Source: an uncultured Clostridia bacterium
GTDB taxonomy: Bacteria > Bacillota > Clostridia > TANB77 > CAG-508
Direction of reading: 5' to 3'
DNA length: 64,000 nt
NCBI GenBank assembly: GCA_944388045.1
Contig: CALXHG010000003.1
Coordinates: 8,912 to 72,911, forward strand
Shown here: piece by piece, positions 1-13,029 of the stretch
Numbering within the stretch: the first letter of the stretch is position 1
Layout of the letters: each line of letters begins with the position of its first letter
Position numbers and translations under genes: made by a program
The notes under the pieces: model-generated
The model's database searches: none
Seen by the model: the letters and a program-made list of their open reading frames with translations, nothing else
What the model was told of the DNA's origin: nothing

Positions 1-160
1 TTTCCATTTCTGCTAATATGCCACTATTATATATTTTTTCTAATATTTGTTCATTTGTAAATTTCAACTATTGCACCTCCCTTATTTATATATTAAGATA
101 GTTTTATATTTTTGTATAGGAGTATATTTTAAATCAAATTTAATCAATTATAATTTTCAT

Positions 161-670
161 CTATATCATCATTATAATTAGTTCTAATTGTTGACTTAAT
201 TTTTCTAATTTATTATAAAATATATATTTATTTTCTTCATTAAAATCTTTTATTTTATTAACATTAGAAATAACAATTAAATCTCTTTTCTTTTCATTTT
301 TTAAAAATTTGCATTTTTCTATAATCTCATCTGTGGTAGTCTCTGTAGTATAATTAAGATAAAGATTAGATTTAATAATATTTTTAATATTCTTTATTTT
401 TATATTATTTTGTTCTTTTGATAAATTTTTTAATTTATTTATTTCAATTTGTTTATTTATTATCATTTTTATAATTAAATTAATTGATATAATAGAATTT
501 AATATTCCTATTTTTATATTATCTTCAATTATAAATTTTGGAATAATTTTTGATAAATATTTAATTTTCTCTGCCTTTTCTTCATTATCAGTGCTTACAA
601 TTATTGAATCATAATTTTTTAATTCTAAACCATTTATTTTTTCTAAATCTTTTAATTTCTTTAAACACAT
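161..670 (-). CDS. hypothetical protein (169 aa), K/I/N-rich
   Basis: Six-frame ORF only; no recognisable motif. Lies in the accessory left flank beside the toxIN-like locus. Confidence 0.3.
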   Translation of the reverse strand: MCLKKLKDLEKINGLELKNYDSIIVSTDNEEKAEKIKYLSKIIPKFIIEDNIKIGILNSIISINLIIKMIINKQIEINKLKNLSKEQNNIKIKNIKNIIKSNLYLNYTTETTTDEIIEKCKFLKNEKKRDLIVISNVNKIKDFNEENKYIFYNKLEKLSQQLELIIMMI

Positions 671-955
671 TTGTTATTACCTCTTTCATAATAAAATGGG
701 GGTTAGAGAACTTATTTATATATAAATTCTCTATATGGCTGATAATTCATCTTTAGTATATTAATTATATTTTAAGATTAATTTCTAAAAAATTAAATGG
801 GTAATTATTATAAACATTTTTATTTCTATTTCTAATTTATACCACACAAAAATAATAAAAATAAATCAAAAATTAAATCAAAATTTCCATGTTATCCTAT
901 AAACAGTTTAATAATATTATTAAACAAAAAATAAATATTTAAGGAGGATTTCAAC

Positions 956-1552
956 ATGATAACATCAAAATTAAGCAAATTAAAAAATATTTTCATTGAA
1001 GAAAATAAGAAAGGAAATGAAGTTACTCTACTTTCAAATCACGAAAGTATCTACTATGAGTTAGAAGAACATATTTCATATGTTAAATCCATAGAAGATT
1101 ACCCTAACAATCCCAAAATGAAAAAGGTAACTCTTTCATTTAAAAATATGGATTTAGAAACAGTAGTTTATTTAGATAAAGACATAACTGTTGGAAGTTT
1201 AGTTTCCACTATTGGCTATTGTTACATATTCGATGGTAAACTTAATTATTCTTGTAAAGGTGGTATGATTAGAATATATCAAAACATCGAAGAAATGGCA
1301 GAAATATACAGAAACAGAATGTATCATATGGGAATTACTATTGGATTAAGTACTGTAAAAGAACAAAAACCATATTCTACTAAGGCAGAGAACATTCATA
1401 AATTAGAAGATTCCGATTTCTACTATGCAATAGAAGAAAAAGGAAGTAGGGTTATAAATGAAATAGTAAACTCAATTCATAGACATCAAGAAAACAAAAT
1501 AGATATTAATTCTATTCCTGAGGAAGAAATACCAGAAGATGTTGCTATATAG
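956..1552 (+). CDS. hypothetical protein (198 aa)
   Basis: ORF preceded by a strong RBS (AAGGAGGATTTCAAC ATG). No recognisable family. Confidence 0.35.
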   Translation: MITSKLSKLKNIFIEENKKGNEVTLLSNHESIYYELEEHISYVKSIEDYPNNPKMKKVTLSFKNMDLETVVYLDKDITVGSLVSTIGYCYIFDGKLNYSCKGGMIRIYQNIEEMAEIYRNRMYHMGITIGLSTVKEQKPYSTKAENIHKLEDSDFYYAIEEKGSRVINEIVNSIHRHQENKIDINSIPEEEIPEDVAI

Positions 1553-1811
1553 TTATATTAAAATAATTATTTATAATTGGAACTACATTAATTTGTAGTT
1601 CTATTTTATTATAAAAAAAATCAAAATTCTTCCTATATATTAATAAGAAAATAATAATATCTTCAAAAAAAAATAATTAATATATATATATATATTATTT
1701 TTTAGTTACTTTGTTACTTTAAATTATTACCTTTTCTAATAATTTAAAATTTACGCACAATTCTTTTAATTTATAATAATTATTGTAAGTGTAATTAACT
1801 TTTTTTAAAAT

Positions 1812-2156
1812 TTAATTTTGGTGTTTAGAAATATAATAATATTCCTTGTATAATTTATTAGAATAATTATAATTAATTTTTTTAGCATACCTTTTAGGAA
1901 CAGGTATCATATTAGCAAACCTAATCAAACCAATATAATTATTATAATAATCATATATTCTAAAAAAAGTTTTATTCATATAATAATTCTTATGTTTTTC
2001 TTTTGGAGAATATAAAGGTAAAAAATAATCATAATTTTTATTTTTTAAATTTATTTTTAAATATGGTCTATTTTTTGTTGGTATCTTTTTATCAAATTGT
2101 CTTAAATAATTTATATATTTTGGTTCTATATAATAAAATTCTAATGGTTTTAATAT
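1812..2156 (-). pseudogene. ToxN/AbiQ-family type III toxin (endoribonuclease), frameshifted in an A8 tract
   Basis: Read by hand on the minus strand. Frame A from 2156 gives ILKPLEFYYIEPKYINYLRQFDKKIPTKNRPYLKINLK. The frame shifted at about 2041-2048 gives NKNYDYFLPLYSPKEKHKNYY... and reaches a stop at 1812-1814. Together these match ToxN/AbiQ motifs (FY.I..KYI.YL..FD.K.P and Y.APLTSPK.KH). An RBS GGAGG sits 8 nt upstream, but the start is non-ATG (ATA/ATT). The shift falls in the run atttAAAAAAAAtaaaaatt; 6 or 9 A would restore one frame. Confidence 0.5.
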
Positions 2157-2170
2157 TTTGATTACCTCCT

Positions 2171-2262
2171 TAATTTGTATATTACTTGTATATTACATTA
2201 AACTCTTTGTGTATATTACTTGTATATTACCTGTATATTATGTGTATATTACCATCTTAATT
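2171..2262 (-). ncRNA. ToxI/antiQ-like antitoxin RNA repeat array (about 2.5-3 tandem units of about 34 nt)
   Basis: Immediately upstream of the toxN-like gene on the same strand. Minus-strand reading gives repeated GTAATATACAAGTAATATACACAAAGAGTTTAAT-like units (plus-strand TGTATATTAC seen 7-8 times) and ends at the toxN RBS. This is the layout of type III toxin-antitoxin loci. Confidence 0.4.
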
Positions 2263-2320
2263 TTATTCGATTTTATTTAATCTAAATTTATCTTTTAAAT
2301 TAGTTAGAAAGGTAATAATA

Positions 2321-2605
2321 TCAATCATTTCCACTTATTTGTAAGGATTGGGAATTTATATAAAAATTGAATAAAATATAATCTTTTTTACTTTGAATTA
2401 AAATTTGAATTTCAAAATTACATGTTTTTAAAAATGATTTATATGAATTTAATATAGACTCTTTTTCTAATTGAGTTTTTAAATTAAAATTAATTGGATT
2501 TATTTTTATTATTTTAATAAATTTATTTTTCTTTATTTTAATTATACCATTTTCATAAATTTTTTCTATAGGTATCCAGTTTTGAATTGATTTAATTTTT
2601 TTCAT
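2321..2605 (-). CDS. hypothetical protein (94 aa) upstream of the toxI-like repeats
   Basis: ORF only. Same strand as toxN and directly upstream of it. Confidence 0.25.
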   Translation of the reverse strand: MKKIKSIQNWIPIEKIYENGIIKIKKNKFIKIIKINPINFNLKTQLEKESILNSYKSFLKTCNFEIQILIQSKKDYILFNFYINSQSLQISGND

Positions 2606-2639
2606 CTCCTTATTAGATTTTTATAATAATTATTAAATA

Positions 2640-3140
2640 TTCATTTATTTATTGAATTTAATAATTCTAATTATATTTTTTAATAATCAATTATTTTTTT
2701 ATTAATTATTTTTTTAATAATTAATTTTTATTATTTATTATCTAATTATTTTTTTATTTAATTAATTTGTTTTTTTATTATTTAATTATTTTTTATTTAT
2801 TTAATTTTTTTATTTTTTATTAATTAATCTTTTTATTTAATTAATTTATTTTTTTTATTATTTAATTATTTTTTTTATTAATTTTTTTATTTTTTATTAA
2901 TTAATCTTTTTATTTAATTAATTTATTTTTTTTATTATTTAATTATTTTTTTATTAATTTTTTTATTTTTTATTAATTAATTTTTTTATTTAATTAATTT
3001 ATTTTTTTATTTAATTATTTTTTATTTAATTATTTTTTTATTTAATTATTTTTTTATTTTTTATTAATTAATTTTTTTGTTTAATTAATTTATTTTATTT
3101 TTTATTATTTAATTATTTTTTAGTTGATTATTTTTCTTTT
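2640..3140. repeat. AT-only minisatellite with a roughly 78-nt higher-order period
   Basis: Direct reading: units such as attatttaattattttttttattaatttttttattttttattaattaatctttttatttaattaatttatttttttt recur 5-6 times with small variations. Essentially 100% A+T and no ORF. Confidence 0.7.
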
Positions 3141-3852
3141 TGATTTTTTAGAATATAAATATAACTTTTGAATAAAATATAATAATATATTATTTTAATT
3201 TAATAATATATTTTTCTAAAAAATATTGAATGTTTAAATTTGATATAAAAACAATTTTATTATACTATGATTTTAAATTTTGTCAAGAAAAAGTTATTGA
3301 CAAATTTCGACATAAATTTTTAATTTTTACAATTTATAAACTCAATAGTTTTATTCACTATCTTTTAAGGTTTTACAATATTTTTAATGTCAAAAAAAAA
3401 TATTTATTTTCTGTATAATAAAAAAAAATCTGCATATAATATGGTCATAAGGTTATTAATAGTTGAGTTAAGAATTATATTAGATTACAAGTTAGTTTAT
3501 TATAATTCGAACAAAGATATATATTAGTTTATTTGAGTAGATTAATATATGTCGGCGATAAGAATATATTTTGTATATGTAAGCTGTATTTTATTATATT
3601 CTTCATTTTAATTTTTACTTTAAAATTTTTATATATGGTTAAATTATATATTATATATTTGAACTAAGATTATACTTATAATATATGGGGTTATTATTAG
3701 TCCCACGTGGATGAATATAGTTTTTACTATTGTATTTATAGTCGAACAAGTGATTAATTTATGTGATATATGGTTTATTTGTATAGTAATATGCATTAGA
3801 TCAAACTGTTATGTATATTAGTTTGAGTTAAGATTATTAATAGCTTTATAGA

Positions 3853-3890
3853 TAATAGCTAAGAGATTGAGTTTTCTCTTAGCTATTAAT
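3853..3890 (-). terminator. hairpin terminator downstream of gyrB
   Basis: Stem atagctaagaga / tctcttagctat with a GAGTTT-containing loop, just past the gyrB stop on the minus strand. Confidence 0.5.
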
Positions 3891-3892
3891 TA

Positions 3893-6914
<3,022 letters not shown>

Positions 6915-7172
6915 TTGTGTATTATTTTTTATTTTTTTAACAATTAATTTTATTTTAAATAAATAAAATTGTCTTATTTTTGATTCTCGTGCGTCGATTT
7001 TTCTTGATATATCAATTTTATCTGAATTTTTTTGTTTTTTAAATTAATTTTTTTTTATTTTTATTTTAATTTTAAAAATTTTTTAATAATTTTTATAATA
7101 TAACTTTATTACTAAAAAATAAAAACGTCTTATTTTTGATTTTCATGCGTCGTTTTTTTCAAATATTAAATA

Positions 7173-7205
7173 AATACTGGTCAGATTGAGTATCTGACCA
7201 GATTT
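7173..7205. terminator. bidirectional hairpin downstream of dnaN
   Basis: ctggtcagat tgagt atctgaccag followed by a T-run on the plus strand and T-rich sequence on the minus strand. Confidence 0.4.
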
Positions 7206-7216
7206 TTTATAAAAAA

Positions 7217-8332
7217 TTAATCCTTTAATCTTATTGGTAAAATCATATATACATATTCGTTATTTTCTATAGGTTTTATTAAACAAGGAGAAATATTAGT
7301 TCCAAATTCTACAAACACTTCTTCGTCATCAATTGATTTTAAAGCATCAAGGAAATATTTTGGATTAAATCCTACTTCTATATTTTTTCCTTCTGTAGAT
7401 ATAAATATTTCTTCTTTAGCTTCACCAGTTTGATTTGTACAAGATATTAAAATTTTTCCAATATCAACAGAAACTTTTACAGGATATTTTTTTTCTTTTT
7501 CTATAGATGATGCAGAAATTAAGCTTATTCTTTCAAAACTATCTTGTAAATTATTCTTGTTAACTCTTATTCTAGTCTCCCAAGTATTTGGAATTACTGA
7601 TTTATAATTTAAAAATTCTCCATCTAATGTCCTAGATACTATTTTACAATTTTCCATTTCAAACAATGCTTGATTTTTTGATATTCCAATTTTTATATTT
7701 TCAAATGAGTCAGATAATATTTTATTAATTTCATTTAAAGTTTTTCCTGGTATAACAGCTTTAAAATCTGACACTTTTACAGGTAAATAAATACTTCTTA
7801 ATGCTAGTCTAAAACCGTCTACTGCAACAACATTTAGTTTATTGTTTTCCACTTCAAACAAACAACCTGTGAATATCTGCCTATTTTCTTCTGTACTTAC
7901 TGCAAATATTGTTCTTTTTATCATATTTTTTAGCATATTCTGTTCTAAATCAATTGAATTTTCAACTTCTATTTTTGGTAATTCAGGAAATTCATCTGGA
8001 TTCATTGTTGTAAGTTTATATAGTGCTCCCTCACATTCTATTTCTAATAAATTATTTTCATTTAAAGTTATATAAATTTCTGAATCTGGTAATTTTCTAA
8101 TTATTTCACTAAACATTATAGCATTTACAACTGTACTTCCTTGTTGTTTTACTTCACTATCTATTATGTATTCAATTCCTAATTCCATATCATATGTAGT
8201 TAATTTTATCTGATTATCATTAGTTTGTATAAGTATTCCTTCTAATATAGGATTTGTAGTTTTAGAAGCTACTCCCTTTATTACGGAATTTAAAGCTTTA
8301 AGGAGATTATCCTTATAACAAACAATTTTCAT
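7217..8332 (-). CDS. dnaN: DNA polymerase III beta sliding clamp
   Basis: 371 aa with three-domain clamp architecture. Sits directly downstream of dnaA. Confidence 0.95.
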   Translation of the reverse strand: MKIVCYKDNLLKALNSVIKGVASKTTNPILEGILIQTNDNQIKLTTYDMELGIEYIIDSEVKQQGSTVVNAIMFSEIIRKLPDSEIYITLNENNLLEIECEGALYKLTTMNPDEFPELPKIEVENSIDLEQNMLKNMIKRTIFAVSTEENRQIFTGCLFEVENNKLNVVAVDGFRLALRSIYLPVKVSDFKAVIPGKTLNEINKILSDSFENIKIGISKNQALFEMENCKIVSRTLDGEFLNYKSVIPNTWETRIRVNKNNLQDSFERISLISASSIEKEKKYPVKVSVDIGKILISCTNQTGEAKEEIFISTEGKNIEVGFNPKYFLDALKSIDDEEVFVEFGTNISPCLIKPIENNEYVYMILPIRLKD

Positions 8333-8359
8333 TTTTTTAACACCTTTCTTTCAAATTTT

Positions 8360-8600
8360 TTTGATTGCGTTTATATGAATTATAATAATAAATATAAATA
8401 TAATTAGTAGTAGTAGTAGTAGGTCCTGTGGATAATGTGGAAAACTGTGTGGAAACATGTAATCCCTAGGATTTTTTCTTGTGTATAACTCAGTGGATAA
8501 CTTAATGTTTTCTCCACAGCAAAATTTTTAAAATGTGGATAATGTAGTTTTAAACATTTTATTAACACACTTTCCACATTAGGGTGTGGATAATCAATTA
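8360..8600. promoter_or_regulatory. oriC DnaA-box cluster (dnaA-dnaN intergenic) with an AT-rich unwinding region and a (TAG)5 DnaA-trio-like tract
   Basis: Perfect TGTGGATAA at 8427-8435, 8534-8542 and 8585-8593. One-mismatch boxes at 8492-8500 and 8510-8518. tagtagtagtagtag at about 8407-8421 abuts the first box. An AT-rich stretch lies at 8360-8405. Confidence 0.8.
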
Positions 8601-8692
8601 AGCCGTTCCCTAAGTAAAGATAACTTTTTTGTAACCGAACAAAAGATTTGGAGAACAGTTATTCAAAAAGTATCTATTAAGTATTTATTTTT

Positions 8693-10054
8693 CTATTGTT
8701 CACCATTTATGATAATGTTTTTCACACTTTCCACAATTAGTCTTGTGTTATTTTTTTCTTTTATTTCATTTTCAATTTTCTTACAAGCATGCATTACTGT
8801 TGAATGATCTCTATTTCCAAAATCTTCTCCTATTTTAGGATATGACATATTTGCAACTTCTCTACATAAGTACATTGCAATTTGTCTAGGAAAAGCTATT
8901 TCATTTGAACGTTTATTACTTGATAAGTCATTTTTATCAACACTAAAATATTTTGCAACAATTTCTTTTACATAATCTGATGATAATACTTTTTCATTTT
9001 CTGCTTTAAATTCATTTATGGTATTTTCTGCCAATTCAATAGATATTTGAGTATGCATTAATGAAGCTCTTGCAATCATTTTATTAAAAACACCCTCTAA
9101 TTCTCTAATATTTGATTCTATTTTTGTAGCAATATTTGCTAATATAATATCATCAACTAATATTTTTTCATCTTGAGCTTTTCTTCTTAATATTGCTAAA
9201 CGAGTTTCATAATCTGGACAAGAAATATCTGCAAGTAATCCCCATTCAAATCTGGATTTTAACCTATCTTCCAAAAGTTGTATTTCTTTTGGTGGTCTAT
9301 CGCTTGAAATAATAATTTGTTTTTTCTCTTCATACAATTCATTAAATGTATGAAAAAATTCTTCTTGAACTTGTTTTTTTCCAGCAATGAATTGTATATC
9401 ATCAATAAGTAATACATCGATTTTTCTATATTGGTTTCTAAATACTTCCATTTTATTGTCTTTTATTGCATTAATCATATGATTTGTAAATTTTTCAGAT
9501 GTTACATATAAAATTTTATAATTTCTATAATTTTTTAAGATTCTATTCCCTATTGCATGCATTAAATGAGTTTTTCCTAATCCTACACCACCATATAAAA
9601 AAAGTGGATTATATGCTTCTGAAGGTTTATCCGCAACAGCTAATGCTGCTGCTTGTGCAAATCTGTTATTATTTCCAACAACAAAAGTATCAAATGTATA
9701 TTTTGGATTTAAAATTTTATTAGAAAGTTCTATTTCTCCTTCTAATTCTTCATTTTCTGAATCTGATGGAATAACATCATCTTTCATTTCCATATTTGTT
9801 TTTTCATCATTGTAAATAATTGTTAATGATCTTTCTTTATTAGTTAAGTATTTGAAAGTGTTTATAATTAAATCTCCAAATCTTTTACCTAGAAAATTGG
9901 CATTATAGTCTGTATTTGATTTTATTGTTATTCTTTCATCATCAATAGATACTAATTTTAAAGGTAAAATCCATGTATCATATGCAATTGAGGATAATTC
10001 ATCTTTAATAAGTTCTTTAGCTTGTCTAAAAAGTTCTTCATAATCACTTTGCAT
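8693..10054 (-). CDS. dnaA: chromosomal replication initiator DnaA
   Basis: 453 aa. AAA+ Walker A GGVGLGKTHL, LLIDDIQF box, C-terminal DNA-binding helix-turn-helix. Flanked by DnaA boxes. Confidence 0.95.
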   Translation of the reverse strand: MQSDYEELFRQAKELIKDELSSIAYDTWILPLKLVSIDDERITIKSNTDYNANFLGKRFGDLIINTFKYLTNKERSLTIIYNDEKTNMEMKDDVIPSDSENEELEGEIELSNKILNPKYTFDTFVVGNNNRFAQAAALAVADKPSEAYNPLFLYGGVGLGKTHLMHAIGNRILKNYRNYKILYVTSEKFTNHMINAIKDNKMEVFRNQYRKIDVLLIDDIQFIAGKKQVQEEFFHTFNELYEEKKQIIISSDRPPKEIQLLEDRLKSRFEWGLLADISCPDYETRLAILRRKAQDEKILVDDIILANIATKIESNIRELEGVFNKMIARASLMHTQISIELAENTINEFKAENEKVLSSDYVKEIVAKYFSVDKNDLSSNKRSNEIAFPRQIAMYLCREVANMSYPKIGEDFGNRDHSTVMHACKKIENEIKEKNNTRLIVESVKNIIINGEQ

Positions 10055-10089
10055 ATCAAAAACATCCTTTCAAAATATTTATATTACAT

Positions 10090-10285
10090 AAGTTATCCAC
10101 AAAGTTATCCACAGGTGTGGATAACTTTGTAATAATTATGAAATAATCTTAGTTTTTTTTACAAACATTTATTTATTTGATTTAATTATAATGTTTGATT
10201 TTTATAAGCTTCTTTTATAATATCAAATTATTACAAAATTCGTCAATAGAATTGTGGATAATTTTTAAAAAATTGTGGATAACTT
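10090..10285. promoter_or_regulatory. DnaA-box cluster upstream of dnaA (second oriC half and dnaA promoter region)
   Basis: Perfect TTATCCACA at 10093-10101 and 10105-13. Perfect TGTGGATAA at 10116-24, 10253-61 and 10275-83. Confidence 0.8.
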
Positions 10286-10533
10286 TAAAATTTTTATAAA
10301 AAAATCTTAAATATTACAAAAATATTACAAAAAAGCTTTTGTTTTTACGTTATACTATATTTTTGTATAAAAAGCAAGAAGTTAAAGGGAAATTTTAAAA
10401 AAAATTTAAAATTTCCAAAAACTATTGACAAATGCCTATATATTGATGTATAATCGATTTACTTGTTATTTTGTAACAATAATTTCCTTATATGGAATTA
10501 ACATAAAAAGAAATAAATAGGAGGTGCAATATA

Positions 10534-10668
10534 ATGAAAAGAACATTCCAACCAAAAAATAGACAAGAAAAAAGAGAACATGGATTTATGAAAAGAATGT
10601 CAACTAGAGCTGGAAGAAATGTACTAAAAGCTAGAAGAGCAAAAGGAAGAAAAAAAATCTGTGCATAA
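10534..10668 (+). CDS. rpmH: 50S ribosomal protein L34
   Basis: Hand-translated: [53 protein letters not shown] upstream. Missing from the ORF track because it is under 60 aa. Confidence 0.9.
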   Translation: MKRTFQPKNRQEKREHGFMKRMSTRAGRNVLKARRAKGRKKICA

Positions 10669-10796
10669 TAATATTTTAATTTACTAAATTCTAGGATAGA
10701 AATCCTAGAATTTAAACAAATAATTGACCTTTAATGAATAAAAAACTATATACTTATTATAAGTTTATAGGTTGTGAAAGGAAAGAAAGTTAGAAA

Positions 10797-11147
10797 ATGA
10801 AAGAAACAGAAATGCTAAAAAAAAATTATGAATTTAGAAATGTTCTAACAAAAGGTCATTTTTTCATTGGAAGACAATTAAAAGTTGTTATTTTTAAAAA
10901 TAGAAAAAAATGTAAATTACTTGGAATAGCTATAAGCTCAAAAAATGGAAAAGCATACCAAAGAAATAGAGCAAAAAGATTGATAAGAGAAAGCTATAAG
11001 ATTCTTGAAGAAAAAATTGAAAATGGTTATACTATAGTAATTTTAATCAAAAATGATATTAATTTAAAAGATTTAAAATTTATTGATATATTAAATGAAT
11101 TAAAAGATACTTTAAAAAAATCTCAAATTTTATATATTAAAGATTAA
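10797..11147 (+). CDS. rnpA: RNase P protein component
   Basis: 116 aa basic protein directly after rpmH. Canonical position. Confidence 0.85.
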   Translation: MKETEMLKKNYEFRNVLTKGHFFIGRQLKVVIFKNRKKCKLLGIAISSKNGKAYQRNRAKRLIRESYKILEEKIENGYTIVILIKNDINLKDLKFIDILNELKDTLKKSQILYIKD

Positions 11148-11168
11148 TTGAAAAGGTAAAATTTAAAT

Positions 11169-11387
11169 ATGAAAAAAATATGTATTTATTTAATTGAATG
11201 GTATCAAAAACATATATCAGTATTTTTAGATGAAAAAAACATTAAATGCAAATATTACCCAACATGTTCAGAGTATACTAGACAAGCAATAATTAAATAT
11301 GGTTGTATAAAAGGAATATTTCTTGGAGGAAAAAGAATACTTAAATGTAATCCTTTTTCTAAGGGAGGATATGATCCTTTAAAATAG
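11169..11387 (+). CDS. yidD: membrane protein insertion efficiency factor YidD
   Basis: 72 aa. YYPTCSEY...GG.DP motif typical of the YidD family. Confidence 0.8.
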   Translation: MKKICIYLIEWYQKHISVFLDEKNIKCKYYPTCSEYTRQAIIKYGCIKGIFLGGKRILKCNPFSKGGYDPLK

Positions 11388-11401
11388 AAAGGGGTATAGG
11401 G

Positions 11402-12349
11402 ATGATAGCACCATTTGCAAATTTATTTGGATATATATTAAATTTTATTTATAATGTAGTTAATAATTATGGTATAGCAATTATAATTTTTTCAATATTA
11501 ATAAAATTAGCTATGCTTCCAATATCTATAAAACAGCAAAAAACAATGAAAAAAACTACAAAAATACAAAATAAAATGAAGGAAATCCAATTTAAATATA
11601 AGAATGATCCAGAAAATTTAAATAGAGCAATGATGGAATTATACAAGTCAGAAAATATGAGTCCTTTTAGTGGTTGTTTTAGTGCAATAGTACAAATTAT
11701 TTTATTATTTGCTGTATTTTACCTTGTTAGATCACCATTAACTTATATGAAAAAAGTTGATAGTGAGGTAATTAGTAAATATACAAAAATAATGCAACAA
11801 AATGAACTAACCACAAGTAGTGCATATCCTGAAATTGAAATTATTAGAGATATAGATAAAATAAAAGAATTAAGAACAAAAGAGGAACAAGCACAAGATG
11901 GAACAGAGGAAAATAGTGAGCAAGTTGAAGAAAATTCTCAAAATGAAGACGAAAAAATAAATTTTACAGAAATAAATGATGAAGAATTAGATTCACTTAA
12001 TATAAATATGGAATTTTTAGGATTAAATCTTGCACAAGTTCCTACGAATACAACTGACTGGAAAGCTTATATAATACCATTATTATATGTACTTGTATCA
12101 ATAATCTCATTAAGACTAACAAATCCAACAAAAAATAAAAAGAAAAATGATGATAAAGATAATAATAAAGAAGAATTTGATCCAATGGTACAAATGAATA
12201 AAAATATGAATATAATATTTCCAATTATGTATTTATCTGTAGCTTTAATTGCACCATTAGGTTTAGCTTTATATTGGTTAACAAACAGTCTTTTAATGAT
12301 AGTTGAAAAGTTAACTTTAAATAAGGTATTAAAAGATGAGGAGGAATAA
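11402..12349 (+). CDS. yidC: membrane protein insertase YidC/Oxa1 family (SpoIIIJ-like)
   Basis: 315 aa multi-TM protein following rnpA-yidD. Confidence 0.85.
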   Translation: MIAPFANLFGYILNFIYNVVNNYGIAIIIFSILIKLAMLPISIKQQKTMKKTTKIQNKMKEIQFKYKNDPENLNRAMMELYKSENMSPFSGCFSAIVQIILLFAVFYLVRSPLTYMKKVDSEVISKYTKIMQQNELTTSSAYPEIEIIRDIDKIKELRTKEEQAQDGTEENSEQVEENSQNEDEKINFTEINDEELDSLNINMEFLGLNLAQVPTNTTDWKAYIIPLLYVLVSIISLRLTNPTKNKKKNDDKDNNKEEFDPMVQMNKNMNIIFPIMYLSVALIAPLGLALYWLTNSLLMIVEKLTLNKVLKDEEE

Positions 12350-12351
12350 GA

Positions 12352-13029
12352 ATGGCAAAAAGTATTATTTCAGAAGGTAAAACAAAACAAGAAGCAATTG
12401 AGAAAGGATTAAAAGCAATAAATTTACCAAAAGAATTGTGTGAAATAAAAGTTTTAAATGATAATAAAAAAAGTTTTTTTGATATCTTAGCTCCAACAAT
12501 AGTTAAAGTTGAAATTAAAGAAATTGAAGCTAAAAAGCCAGAAAAAATTGAAATTATTACAACAGAAGAAGAATTAATTAATGCAAAAAATAATATTGAA
12601 AATTTTTTAAAAGAATTTTTTGAAAAAATGAAAATTGATGCAGAATCAAATGTTGAAATAAAAGATAAGTGTATATATGTATCAATTAATGGAAAGAATA
12701 TTGGAAATTTAATAGGGTATAGAGGAGATGCATTATATGCCTTAGAAAATATATTAAAATCAATAGCAAATAAAAATTCTGAAAATAGAGTTATTGTAAG
12801 ATTAGATATAGAAAATTATAAACAAAAAAGAGAAGAAACATTAAAAGAATTTGCATTAAAAAAAGCTGATTTAGTTGTAAAAACTGGAAAAACTTTAACA
12901 TTAGAACCAATGAAAGCATATGAAAGAAAAATAATTCATACTGTTTTACAAGAAAATAGTAATGTAGAAACTAGAAGTATAGGTGAGGAACCAAGAAGAA
13001 GAATAGTTATTACAAAAAAGGAAAGTTAA
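12352..13029 (+). CDS. jag: Jag/KhpB RNA-binding protein (KH and R3H domains)
   Basis: 225 aa. C-terminal R3H-like KIIHTVLQEN...RSIGEEP. Synteny after yidC. Confidence 0.8.
   Translation: MAKSIISEGKTKQEAIEKGLKAINLPKELCEIKVLNDNKKSFFDILAPTIVKVEIKEIEAKKPEKIEIITTEEELINAKNNIENFLKEFFEKMKIDAESNVEIKDKCIYVSINGKNIGNLIGYRGDALYALENILKSIANKNSENRVIVRLDIENYKQKREETLKEFALKKADLVVKTGKTLTLEPMKAYERKIIHTVLQENSNVETRSIGEEPRRRIVITKKES

Noticed and set aside
2171-2262. Short direct repeats (TGTATATTAC seen 7-8 times) considered as a CRISPR array or plasmid-type iterons
   Set aside because: The units are about 34 nt tandem repeats without unique spacers and abut an RBS and a ToxN-like ORF on the same strand. A type III antitoxin RNA array explains them better. 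No cas genes are present.
3230-3418. 62-aa ORF in the noncoding region downstream of gyrB
   Set aside because: No RBS, lies in repeat-rich AT DNA, and the translation is low complexity.
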